Virus record (IMG/VR): IMGVR_UViG_3300009034_000017
Coordinates: 1 to 64,000 of that record
DNA: 64,000 nucleotides
Reading direction: 5' to 3' (one strand)
DNA from: a virus
Part shown: one piece after another, positions 25,006 to 35,230 of the stretch
Numbering within the stretch: position 1 is the first letter of the stretch
How the letters are laid out: each line of letters begins with the position of its first letter
Notes under the pieces: model-generated
Seen by the model: only the letters and a program-made list of their open reading frames with translations
Databases searched by the model: none
What the model was told of the DNA's origin: nothing
Position numbers and translations under genes: made by a program

Positions 25006-27657
25006 CTAATAGTACACTATGTGGATATTATCATACTCATTCTCGCGACACCAAGCCATGGCTGTCCAGAAAAACTGGTGGACAAATACTTTGGAGTCGC
25101 GTGTTTTGCGCAACTCTTTGCTAAAAGGCAGGCCAAGCGGCGGCCTCGCATTCCGCGCAGCTCGTGCCAAGCTAGTATGTGGATTATATTCTACCCGCTC
25201 ATGCCAAAGACGAAGCTGCTGATCCATCCCCTCCAACAGCCATTCGCCAATGTCTGCCTCTGGGGGCGGAGGGCTGGGCGTTTCCTCATCCGAAAGGTGG
25301 GCATGGGGATAGTAGAACTTCAGAATCTCACGCCATGACTTGCCTTGCTCGGCGGAGACTTTGGCGCCATACTGACACATCCGCCCAGGCCATTGTTTTC
25401 CATCATGCCCTGGCCGACCCTCGCAGTATGGACATGGCCCCAAACCACACTTGGAAATGTACTGGGCTTGGATAACCTTGTTGCTTGCGTCAAGCAAGTG
25501 GATACCCCTCGTCTCCGTGACTGCCCGAATGCTCTTATCCGTGATGTTTGACTCCCTGTACTGCTGACAGCAAGTTTCGGTACAAAGGTCTGCGCCCTGT
25601 GATGGATGCTTGCCACCATGTTCTCGATGGTACATTACATACGCACGGGCAGCAACTGCCTGAACCTTAAGGGCTTCAAGCAGCCAGCTACAGTACATCT
25701 CTGAACACACCACGCCTCCCAAGTAAGCTTCCACATCCATGGTTTGAACTGGGAGACCAGGAAGGTCTCTACGCCAAATTCTTGCTTGCATTCCGTCACC
25801 TCCGTTAAATATCCAATTTGTTGGTACTTCAAATTGCCTCTTTGTTGCATCTCGCAAAGCCCCGATGAGCTTCGGCTTGTTGTAATAGTTAAAGTGATCA
25901 TTTTCTGGGCCCCAGTTCCACATGAAGAGAGTCCCTCCCAAAACGTAAGGAAACTCGGACTCCAATATGTTGAACCATTCAATGATGTCTTGGGCCGTCC
26001 CCTCTGGTTGAACATTGGTCGGCCCGCACTCCGATATGAATATGTACTTATCAGGGAATAACTTGTGATGCCAGAGCATCCGGCGTCCAAACCAAGGCTC
26101 AAAGCGCTCAGGATGTCGCGAAGGCCAGTAGACATGCTGATCTAGGATGTCGCAAGCCGCAATGGCATCCCGACAGTATTCTAAGCCTGGCGGATCCATT
26201 GCGGGATCTATCCCCTCACGCATGAGTTCCATGAGCTCCTTGTCTTTCCTACCAAGGCCCCTTCTTACAATGAGTTCCTCTAGCCAAGTATCAACTATCA
26301 TCTTCCTCAGAGGGTAATCAATTACGTCAGGATCATCCCCCACTCCAGGAGACACTGCCGGGAAGTGCAGTATCACCTCGGGCAGATTTTGCCTGACTAC
26401 CTCGGCTGTCTTTAGGACCCATTCGTTCATCTTCTTCCAAGAATCTGGATTCTGTGCTTCAAATGGCCCCTCGATATTCAACTCGTTTCCTATGACCAAG
26501 TGCTTCGTTTTGTCTAAGAACTGTATGGCGTGGTCGCAAGCCTGTTGCGCGATTACCACGGGGTCGGTTGCTAGCCCCCCTGTGAAGTATGGTCGTAGGA
26601 GAATAAGAGCATTGGGTCGAGCCGCGCGAATCTGGCTGACTTGCTCCCATTTATCGACTACTGTGTAACAATCCATTCCCAATGAAACCATGCTGCTTAT
26701 ATTCGTGGGGTCTTTATTCGGCCCATGCATCCCCCACTTACAGTATGTCTTTGTCACTTCGTCAGGCGGCGGGGGATCCTCGGTATCCAAATTCAGAATC
26801 TCAATGACGTACTCGATAGGCGAGTAACATGTGACCATATCTGATCCCGCGAAAAGCAGGCCCACTATCTTTCGGCCCATATCCAATAACACCGAACCAG
26901 AGTCTCCCCCTTTGGACATGCACCCAGTTATAATCTGATCGTGGAACATAGCCACTTGATTGCCGGAATAGGCTACCTGAACCGTAACGCCTATTTGTTG
27001 AACGGTGCCCGTGGTTACGCCTGTTGTTCGCCCTGATTTTTGAACCGCCATTCCTAATTGCACTTCACCATACCCAGCGGGTTCCCCGATCCCCAAAATT
27101 TCACTGCTTACATCTTTCTGATAATCAGGCCAAGCAATGGCGCAGTCAACATAGTTTGGCTCACCTGCAAAATTGATGGATCTGAAATCCGCAAGATCGC
27201 CAATCCTGTCATCAACGGCCCCACCGTCTGCAGTCCCTGGCTGTAAAATGGTGTCCCCCAATCGGCCTATGTTGCAATCGGCAAGTACATGATTGTTGGA
27301 TAGGATGCACCAGCCCTGTTCACCCTTAACCCGCACGCGGCAGCCCAGCGTTCCGGCACTGACCTGATAGTGACCAATTGATACCCCGCCCGGTGCTGGC
27401 CGCCATTTGTCGGCCCGGGACTGAAGTGCCACGATCTTGCCGACCTCAATCACGTCAGTCTCTAGGTTTGTGAGGCTGGATATTTTGTGCCAAGGCCAGA
27501 TGAGGCGCTGCTTCTTCTCAACTCCCACTATTATGCATTTTCGATCAAGTTGCTTCCCGTTCTTGACCTTGTATCCCCATCCCACACTGACCACTCCGGG
27601 AACGGAGAATAGCTTGGCTAGTAGCTTGGCCTGTATAGATAATCTACTCTTTCTCAT
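25006..27657 (-). CDS. multidomain lysin-like protein: trypsin-like serine protease + clan-A-like glycoside hydrolase + SpoIID/LytB + C-terminal domain
   Basis: NNHVL/VDCA/GDSGS triad; IGNELN and ISECG glutamates; EAYLGGVV.SEM...LEALKVQAVAAR.Y, CQYGA, ILKFYYP; Pro-rich linkers. Confidence 0.85.
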   Translation of the reverse strand: MRKSRLSIQAKLLAKLFSVPGVVSVGWGYKVKNGKQLDRKCIIVGVEKKQRLIWPWHKISSLTNLETDVIEVGKIVALQSRADKWRPAPGGVSIGHYQVSAGTLGCRVRVKGEQGWCILSNNHVLADCNIGRLGDTILQPGTADGGAVDDRIGDLADFRSINFAGEPNYVDCAIAWPDYQKDVSSEILGIGEPAGYGEVQLGMAVQKSGRTTGVTTGTVQQIGVTVQVAYSGNQVAMFHDQIITGCMSKGGDSGSVLLDMGRKIVGLLFAGSDMVTCYSPIEYVIEILNLDTEDPPPPDEVTKTYCKWGMHGPNKDPTNISSMVSLGMDCYTVVDKWEQVSQIRAARPNALILLRPYFTGGLATDPVVIAQQACDHAIQFLDKTKHLVIGNELNIEGPFEAQNPDSWKKMNEWVLKTAEVVRQNLPEVILHFPAVSPGVGDDPDVIDYPLRKMIVDTWLEELIVRRGLGRKDKELMELMREGIDPAMDPPGLEYCRDAIAACDILDQHVYWPSRHPERFEPWFGRRMLWHHKLFPDKYIFISECGPTNVQPEGTAQDIIEWFNILESEFPYVLGGTLFMWNWGPENDHFNYYNKPKLIGALRDATKRQFEVPTNWIFNGGDGMQARIWRRDLPGLPVQTMDVEAYLGGVVCSEMYCSWLLEALKVQAVAARAYVMYHREHGGKHPSQGADLCTETCCQQYRESNITDKSIRAVTETRGIHLLDASNKVIQAQYISKCGLGPCPYCEGRPGHDGKQWPGRMCQYGAKVSAEQGKSWREILKFYYPHAHLSDEETPSPPPPEADIGEWLLEGMDQQLRLWHERVEYNPHTSLARAARNARPPLGLPFSKELRKTRDSKVFVHQFFWTAMAWCRENEYDNIHIVYY

Positions 27658-27682
27658 GTTCTTAACCTCCTATTTGGTGATT

Positions 27683-28345
27683 TCACAATAGAGTTAACTG
27701 AGAACGCCTCAATCTGTCTTGGCCGATTCTGTCAAGGCTCATTTTGACATAATCAGGATTGATGTCGCAGCCAAAGAACTTGCGGTCTAGGCGGTCGGCG
27801 GCTACAGCGGTTGTGCCGCTGCCTATAAAGGGATCAAAAATTAAGGCGCTTGGATCAGACAAATTCTCAATTAAATGGGTGGCCCAAGTCATATTCTGAG
27901 CCCACGGATGTTTTGTCTGATCTGGCGACCGTGTTCGGGGGATGCCGTCACACATAACTTTGTGTGTTGCCTTGCCCTTGCGGAAGTACAAGATAGGCTT
28001 CCATGTTACCATAAAATTTACACCAAACAATCGAGGATAGCTACGATTTTCCAGAGACCCCATCCAGTGATAATCAAGGTGCGGACACATCAATGACAAT
28101 ACCTCTGGTATTTGATAGTGCCCACAGAGGGTAACAAGCCATGATTTGTCTTTCATTACCCGTTGCCCACCAATAGCCAAGTTCCCAAATAGCAAAAGAG
28201 ACTCTCGTTTATAGGGCGGATCAGTCACCACCAAGTCTACACACCCATCAGGCATAGCGGCCATTACTTCCAAGCAATCACCGCAGACTATATCGCCCCG
28301 AACCTCCCCGCTTAACACTCTCTCAAATCTCTGTGCAAAGCCCAT
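27683..28345 (-). CDS. beta-class DNA methyltransferase M2
   Basis: TDPPY, HPW, DPFIGSGTT. Confidence 0.92.
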   Translation of the reverse strand: MGFAQRFERVLSGEVRGDIVCGDCLEVMAAMPDGCVDLVVTDPPYKRESLLLFGNLAIGGQRVMKDKSWLVTLCGHYQIPEVLSLMCPHLDYHWMGSLENRSYPRLFGVNFMVTWKPILYFRKGKATHKVMCDGIPRTRSPDQTKHPWAQNMTWATHLIENLSDPSALIFDPFIGSGTTAVAADRLDRKFFGCDINPDYVKMSLDRIGQDRLRRSQLTLL

Positions 28346-31206
28346 ACTCGGCCCTTTTTGTCTTTGTGCTTCCTATCTAAGAAGCCTTCGCAACTCAATC
28401 CAAATTTCTTTGCTTGACAAGAGTGGGCTCCGTGCTTATTCGCTGCATTGTAGCCACGGCCCTTTCTGCCTTAATGCGTTCGGCCAACACAATGATGATA
28501 TTCCCTGCCTCATGCATATCCGCCACGCCAGAGGCAGGCGAACCACCCTTGCAACCATAGGGTGGCCATAGCAATTGCGCCGCTTCCATTTCTGCCCATA
28601 CACAGATGTCCATTCTGCCTCCCCTTATCCCTTTTAATCAGAGCTACAGGCCAGTTTCCCCGCCCGTCACAAAGATAGCCCCAGAAGCCAGCGACCCAGT
28701 GTGTAGGCAACGATGAGTAGAACTATAAACACTACAACAAACTCAACCCAGCGCGGATTTCTATTGACTGTATCCAATACCCACATTAGGAATAGCACAA
28801 ACGCAGTCCCTGCCAGTAAAGCACATATCCCCAACACTAGATACCTAAGATGCTCCATGTCCTCATCCCCTTTCAGCCTGCTTTTAGGCAGTCGCTCGCC
28901 TAGGAAGCGACCGCCATTGCCTACTACTGCCTAGGCTAGGTCTGACAAAGGAGGAAGTGTCCCTGCCGAAAGGGCTTGAACTTCCCTCTCTTAGCAGACA
29001 AACAAGCTTATTACCCCTTCCGTATCCCCGCGTTGTACCAGTCCACAAGCTGATTGAAGATTTCTCGGGGTATAGGTATGGTAACCCCAGCCAAAGCAGA
29101 GTCCTCCAGCACTTCTTGGGCTAAGGTCGCATCCTGCTCATCAAGCATTAGCGAGTATGGCCCAATTTCAATTACCACATTGTCAATCTCCAATGCACGT
29201 ATTTCGTCAAGCGTTCTTGCATCTCTGGGTTTCATCCTTCCTCCAATAGGACGATCACTTCCTCACTCTTATCACAATAAGCCGCCCAGTCACTAAACAT
29301 GCCCATATCCCACTTTACGATTCCCTCGGTCGCAACCCTGATCGCAATCTGGTCAAAGCGGCCCTCCTCCACATTATAGCGCACCTGGTCAATGACGCCG
29401 TCAATGTAGATTGGGAAAATGACGAACTTGGACTCAAATTCCCTGCCAGCAACATACTCATCCAACTTGGGCTTGCATCGGTTGTATTCGGCGAGTATTC
29501 TGCTTCTTAGCTCGTCAGATATTTCCATGTTGCAATGCCCAATATTCTTCCCTGCCGATAAACTCAGCGTTATCGGGAAATTGCCCAGACAGCCAATCAG
29601 GGATAGTCCCTTGCCCCCACAGGTCGTCGGTTCGATGTATTGCCCCGTCATTTATCTTGACGAAAAACTCCCGCCCAGCGAAGCCCTTAAATGGCCCACC
29701 GTGACGTTGAGAAACAGCCTTCTCATCTGGCAAAAGTGTCTTTTTGGGTATATAGCTTCTGCCATTGACACGCCACCACAGCGGATCATTACCATGCTTC
29801 TCAACCATATTGTGCCAGAAAGCGCACCCAAAACAGATGTGCTTCCCCCGCATCAAGGTTAGCTCGCGGCAGTCGCTGTAATGTTCATAGTATAGGGAGC
29901 CGCATTGTTTACATTGGCTTCTTTCCAATTCAACGATTCCCTTGGCATTCATAACTATAGATTGACTAGACGAGCTTGCGCTTTCATGAACGCGAAGGCT
30001 TTTGCCTTTGAGTTCAACCAAAATGTCATGGCCGTTGACATTGATTAGGGATTCGCCCGCCGGAACGGTGAGTGTATGGGGGATTTCCCCCACAATTAAG
30101 CGCAGGGTAGCTTGTTCCATTTTCTCTCCTTTCAAAGTTATCAAGCAAGGCCGCGGGCTAGTCTTTCACCTAGCCGACGGGGGCCTGTGTGACTAGGAAG
30201 CCTCTCCGCCGTAGCCTGTCCCACCTACTGCGTTTCATAAGCGCAACGCCGCCGCAGCCCTTCCTAGAGCCTAATCTGAAGCGCGTTGCCCCATCGTTCC
30301 ATGACTAGCCCACACTGGCACTTGTGCCGCTCACCGTGGGGAATGTCTGCCTGATCTTGCCCACACCTTGGGCAAGTCAGTGTGCCAGCATTGTAATCAG
30401 TGATTTGCAAGCCGGGTATAATCGCTGATTCATGTACCAATGGCTTAAAGTATTTGCTGTAGTTCAAGGTTTCCATTTCCTCTCCTTTCAAATTCCCTAC
30501 TGATTTCAACCAGGCTTTGGCTGCATCATATTTAGCGTCCCGCGGCCAATAAGCTCTAGCGCTTCTCTCCTAGAAAAGCCCTCCTTCATATAGGCATGCA
30601 GGAGCTTTCTAGCTATGACGGCGATACATTGCCATAACTCATCGTCATCGGCCATCACCTTGTAGATGCCCGCGACTAGCTCTGTCACTTCACCCACCAT
30701 TCATTTCTCCTTTCAAAGCTGTTTGATTTTGCCAAGCATCTCGCTGGCACCTCGCACGCTGTTTATTATCTCTATCAACTTGGGCCTTCAGCCAGCCGCG
30801 CCTATAGCAAGTTACAAAGCAAGTACGACAAGAGCGGCCCTGAGACCATATTGCTTCTAAACACTCTTTGTCTGCTGGAACGGTTCTAAAATGGCAAAGG
30901 TGCATCATACGCATAACTCCTCCTCGCTGCCCCCATACTAGGCAACCGCCCTGCGGCACAAGCACATTCTTTGTTTGATACTTGGGCTGGTTACTCCTCC
31001 CTGGCTTTCGCTAACTGATATTTCGTTGGGCAGCCTGAGACAGGGTCCGGGAACACTGATCCAATTGGCATGCACATTCTAGACTCAGTAGTCAACCCCA
31101 CCTCGTCACCTCAGTAGCCTCACCAGCCCAAGTACCAATCCTGCCCTGCCGTCTAGCCGCCTTGTTCGTCAGTGGGCACGTCACGAACAGGACAGGCGGC
31201 TTCGTT

Positions 31207-31494
31207 CTACTGGTAGCAATCCTTCTTTTGCACAGCCAGCTTATAGGCACCCGTCGTGCCAAGAACCGCGCCCAGAACCGAGAAGACGAACTGCACAACA
31301 GCTACGACGTAGGATGTCGTCTCAGGCCAGTAGTACATAACTCCCACTAGGGCCGCCCAGACTATGCCCAGCACTAAGTTGGCCTGCTTGGCCGCGTTCT
31401 CACTATTGATGATCCCCCAATTCTTGAGCGCCTCGATGATAAGCGCGGCAAGGGCACCAAAAGCAACTGTGCCGATCACTGGTAGCCAATCCAT
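31207..31494 (-). CDS. putative holin (three hydrophobic segments)
   Basis: 95 aa, IIEALK, three TM-like segments, G.TGAY and basic tail; GGAGGTG RBS. Confidence 0.65.
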   Translation of the reverse strand: MDWLPVIGTVAFGALAALIIEALKNWGIINSENAAKQANLVLGIVWAALVGVMYYWPETTSYVVAVVQFVFSVLGAVLGTTGAYKLAVQKKDCYQ

Positions 31495-31792
31495 TGTTTC
31501 TCACCTCCTTCCATAAAGTAATATTATTAACACCCTAAATGCAGAGTGTCGATACAACCATCTTCATTCAGTATCTCAGAGACTACTTGTTGCGTGGAGA
31601 CTTGCCCTCGTAATGGCTCACTAGCTTTATCGCGGAATTGTTCTAGCAAATCTCGAACGTTCGGTGGATTGCCCGATACAGTGCATATTTTTCGCCAAGC
31701 CTTGATGTGGGACAAACCGCCGCAACCCATGTCATACATTGCGGCAGCCCCACGCCTATATGCTTCCTTGATAGCCTGTTCTACTGTCATAA

Positions 31793-32554
31793 TTACAATA
31801 GCTCCAATTGTGCACGGCTCTCTCTATCTCGCCGCAGTCTTTCTAGGGCCATCCTGACATAGCTGGGGTTGATGTCGCAGCCGAAGAAGCGGCGGCCTAG
31901 TCGGTCGGCGGCTACGGCGGTGGTGCCGCTACCAATAAAGGGGTCAAATAGAAGCTCACAGGGCATACCATCCAGCAGTTCAAGTATTAGGCTAATCGGC
32001 TTTTGTGGTTCTATCAGCCGTTCTTTGGAAGGTACGGGCTTGCATTTCAAAACATCGGGTTTGTTGTTGCGTCTATCTAGGGGCGGGGCACCATGGCCGC
32101 GGAGGTATAGTATCAACTCAAACTGTTTGCGGAAATCAGTGCCAAAGCCTATTCGCCCTTTGTCCCACACTAGAAGCTGTTGATACCATCGTTCATAAGT
32201 CGCAGCAAATAATACTGGGTAGAAATTCGCATCGCAAAACACAAACAGGCGGCCCGTGGGCTTGGTTACTCTCTCAAGCTCTGCGAATACAAGGGACATT
32301 TGGCACGAGGATGCTGAAAAATCCCCAAGGTTACGGATTAGCTTGCGTGAAGCCGCTGTATAAACTGGCAGGGTAAACAGCGGATCCGTCACCACCAAAT
32401 CCACACACTCATCCGGCATCTGCCCCATCACTTCTAGGCAGTCGCCCGCCACTATTGTGTTTTCCGAATAAGGCCCCAAATCAATCAGGTGCTGCTGCCC
32501 CTTAACAAAACCTTGGCTATATCGCTCGGTATTTCTGCATTGCTTCCTGAACAT
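31793..32554 (-). CDS. beta-class DNA methyltransferase M3 (motif IV reads DPLF)
   Basis: GDCLEVM, TDPLF, VWDK, QKP, DPFIGSGTT. Confidence 0.88.
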   Translation of the reverse strand: MFRKQCRNTERYSQGFVKGQQHLIDLGPYSENTIVAGDCLEVMGQMPDECVDLVVTDPLFTLPVYTAASRKLIRNLGDFSASSCQMSLVFAELERVTKPTGRLFVFCDANFYPVLFAATYERWYQQLLVWDKGRIGFGTDFRKQFELILYLRGHGAPPLDRRNNKPDVLKCKPVPSKERLIEPQKPISLILELLDGMPCELLFDPFIGSGTTAVAADRLGRRFFGCDINPSYVRMALERLRRDRESRAQLELL

Positions 32555-32777
32555 CTTTAAGGATTTCCCGCCCCAAGTTCCTGCTTGGGTGCACTGTGGC
32601 CAGATTCATTTCCAACCGGATGTTTAATGGGATTTGCTTCGCCTGCACTAAGGCTTGCGTAATCCTCGCTATGGCCCATCCTTCCTCTGGCAAAGGGCCC
32701 TTAAACCACATTTGCCCCATCAATGTTCGCAGCAATTCTTCCGCAATATCTTCTAGCCGAGCCATCTAACCCTCCTC

Positions 32778-33332
32778 TTAATCACCCAACAATAAAGATT
32801 CGGCAGAGCCCCAATCAATTTCTAAAAGCAATTGGACCCTTCCTTTTGCCCCCTCTGCCTTTCTTGTCTTCATAATCCTCACCGAAACTTCACAGATTCC
32901 CAACCGATCTCGCATCGCGGAAGAACCCGCAAGGGCGGCAAACGCTGCTGGCCAGAGATCAAAATCAACTGGCGCGTCCCAGGGCAATCGGTCAATGACC
33001 GTAACGGTGACGGTGTTTCCAATGAGATCGTTCAGTTCGGGCTTGGCCCATTTTGGCAGGTCGGTGATTCGCAACTCCAATCGGGCGCAAAACGGGATGG
33101 CCCGAGACCGAGTGGCCGCGCCGAAATGAGAATCATCTACCGTCTCCGGGAACCCGGGACACGTCTGCCCCCACCACGAAGCGGCGTGGCGTTTGCCCAA
33201 GTAGCCGTCAGTCGTTGTGCCGTAGTAGGTACAGAGGCCATCTTCTATTTCGGGATTATCTGCAAATGTTAAAGTTGGCCCCAATATTGCCATCACTAAG
33301 GTGATGGCTAGGGCTTGTATCAGTGGTTTCAA
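32778..33332 (-). CDS. secreted RlpA-like double-psi beta-barrel protein
   Basis: Signal-peptide-like MKPLIQALAITLVMAILGPTLTFA from TTG 33332; TYYG, VTVIDR, FDLWPAAF. Confidence 0.7.
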   Translation of the reverse strand: MKPLIQALAITLVMAILGPTLTFADNPEIEDGLCTYYGTTTDGYLGKRHAASWWGQTCPGFPETVDDSHFGAATRSRAIPFCARLELRITDLPKWAKPELNDLIGNTVTVTVIDRLPWDAPVDFDLWPAAFAALAGSSAMRDRLGICEVSVRIMKTRKAEGAKGRVQLLLEIDWGSAESLLLGD

Positions 33333-33592
33333 GATTGTTCCCGAAGCGCTTGCAGCACCGCCGGTGGCGGGGCAACCACTTCCCCTTCGTCTATTCCTGC
33401 AAGCGCCTCCGCAGCCGCGTCCGATATTGTACGCAAGGTCAGCCAAGCGGCTACCCACCCAGCACCGCCATCTTCAAGTTCTACAATCAATAACCGCTTT
33501 TGTTCTTCAGGTAATTTGCCCACAAACTTTGCCCCGGCCTCAAGCCCGCCCCTTGCTATTGCGTTCCCGAATTCTTCTAGTGTGTTACTCAT
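33329..33592 (-). CDS. hypothetical protein (MSNTLEE...)
   Basis: AAGGAG RBS before ATG 33592. Confidence 0.6.
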   Translation of the reverse strand: MSNTLEEFGNAIARGGLEAGAKFVGKLPEEQKRLLIVELEDGGAGWVAAWLTLRTISDAAAEALAGIDEGEVVAPPPAVLQALREQS

Positions 33593-33614
33593 TATTCTCC
33601 TTCTGCAAAATTGT

Positions 33615-34065
33615 CGGATTGCAAACAGCGGCGGGTTGGCTTGGCTCACTCGCACAAGTAAAGCATTGTATCTAAAAGGTTGAATCCACATACTTCAACA
33701 AAGTATATGGCTTGCTTGAAACTTGTCAGGCTCTCACAAAAGTTCTTCGTTGCATCGCCCACCACCCACACTACTGTGCCGCCGGGCCGCGCTGCCCTGA
33801 ATAATTCAGAGGCTATCGATTTGAATCGAAAAGAGTAACCTTTGTAGTCTCGGAGATCGTCATAGAGGGGCGAAGTCACAGTTAGGTCTATGCAAGCTTC
33901 GGGCAGCTCTGCCAAAAGGTCTTTTGCATCCCCTGCGATGATGCTATTCAACTTATACGGCCCTGGGGCGCTTCTCAACTTGGGGCGGGGCACATCTTCT
34001 AGCCCCCTACTCATAGCATGGCAGGCATCTAACTTCTGATCACAAATGTCGGCTGCGTCTCTCAT
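33615..34065 (-). pseudogene. internally deleted paralogue of MTase M1 carrying a foreign N-terminal module (M4)
   Basis: Matches M1 from GPYKLN to DTM.Y (motif IV SPLY), then jumps out of frame to VRVSQANPPLFAI, matching the M1 C-terminus LRVRQANPPLFTI. Confidence 0.8.
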
Positions 34066-35156
34066 ATCTCTTCCCTCTTATTGTTCCCGAAGTGCCTGCA
34101 ACACTGTTGGTAGCGCGATGTCCAGTTCCTTCGCGATTTCCCGCGGCTTCTTGCCAGCCGCAGCAAGTTCAAGGACATCTGGGTTACTTTCCGCTGCCTT
34201 TGTTGCAGGACTGACGGCCTTTGCCTTTGACGTTCTTCTGCTTGCATAGCCAGCTTGATATAATCTATTTGTTCCCGCGAGAGCTTTTTGTCAAATGGAT
34301 CACTTTCTTCGCTAGCAGAAACTTCACCAGACTCTGGATTTGCCAAGTCGGCAGGCTCATGGAGGTATCTGCGGATTTCCTGAAAGGTGCATTTTGAGAG
34401 GCGCAAAGGGAGTCTGCGCCTGCAGTCGTGGCCCATTTTGCCCTCAAGCATCGATTTTATCTCTTCGGGAGTCGGTTCCCGATTGATACTGATTAGGCCC
34501 AGGGCTTCTTTCCGAACAATCGCGGTGGGAATAGGAACGACATCCCCTGGCACTAGGATAAGGGTCAAAATGCTTAAATCTTGCCAGCGATCAGCCCCCT
34601 TCATATTATACTTATTCGGAATGGGGCCCGTTGGGGCCCAGCGAGAACTTATGTGTGAGGTTGCGACAACAAGTTTTATACCCTTGCCAAAGAGGCTATG
34701 GCATACTTCGCTAATCAAATAATTCACTACGGATTTCACGCCGCCGAATCGGCCAGCCATCACATTGGATTTCACGAGCCCGAACGCTCGGCAATAATGG
34801 TCAACGTCTCTATAGGCGGCTGCTTGCAAGGCCAGCTCAAAAGGCGATACGTTATCCAGGACAGCCACCGTAAACTGATCTTGGGCCAGGCTATCAAAGG
34901 CAACCATAGTTATGTCATGCAACCTGATTGGATCTGCCTTGCGCCTGCCCGATGGCGTAGCCTCAGCGGTCAGGGCCCGGTACAAGCCAAACTTCAAGTT
35001 GGAATCAATGCCCTTGCCTTTTTCCTCAAAGTCAAAAAATGCGATGTTTTGTGGCAAATCAGCTTGAGAAGCCAGAAAACTCTTGCCGATGCCACGGTAG
35101 CCACTGATGAACATGACTCCACACATTTCGGGGGGCAGGATAGAAGGCTTACTCAT
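34062..35156 (-). CDS. P-loop ATPase, AAA_24/Sak4-like, probable frameshift near the 3' end
   Basis: GYRGIGKS, FDFEEKG, VLDNVS, ATSH; HTH-like sequence in the -1 frame ending at 34078. Confidence 0.7.
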   Translation of the reverse strand: MSKPSILPPEMCGVMFISGYRGIGKSFLASQADLPQNIAFFDFEEKGKGIDSNLKFGLYRALTAEATPSGRRKADPIRLHDITMVAFDSLAQDQFTVAVLDNVSPFELALQAAAYRDVDHYCRAFGLVKSNVMAGRFGGVKSVVNYLISEVCHSLFGKGIKLVVATSHISSRWAPTGPIPNKYNMKGADRWQDLSILTLILVPGDVVPIPTAIVRKEALGLISINREPTPEEIKSMLEGKMGHDCRRRLPLRLSKCTFQEIRRYLHEPADLANPESGEVSASEESDPFDKKLSREQIDYIKLAMQAEERQRQRPSVLQQRQRKVTQMSLNLLRLARSRGKSRRNWTSRYQQCCRHFGNNKREEI

Positions 35157-35230
35157 GTTAGTTTCCTCCTTTCAATCACCCATAAAATTTAAGATTGCTT
35201 GTCGTGCCGCCATCCCATAATGGCAATCTT

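Noticed and set aside
30122-30718. TTTGAAAGGAGA upstream of three nearby genes
   Set aside because: Adequately explained as a strong Shine-Dalgarno context, also seen at about 35165 and 63470
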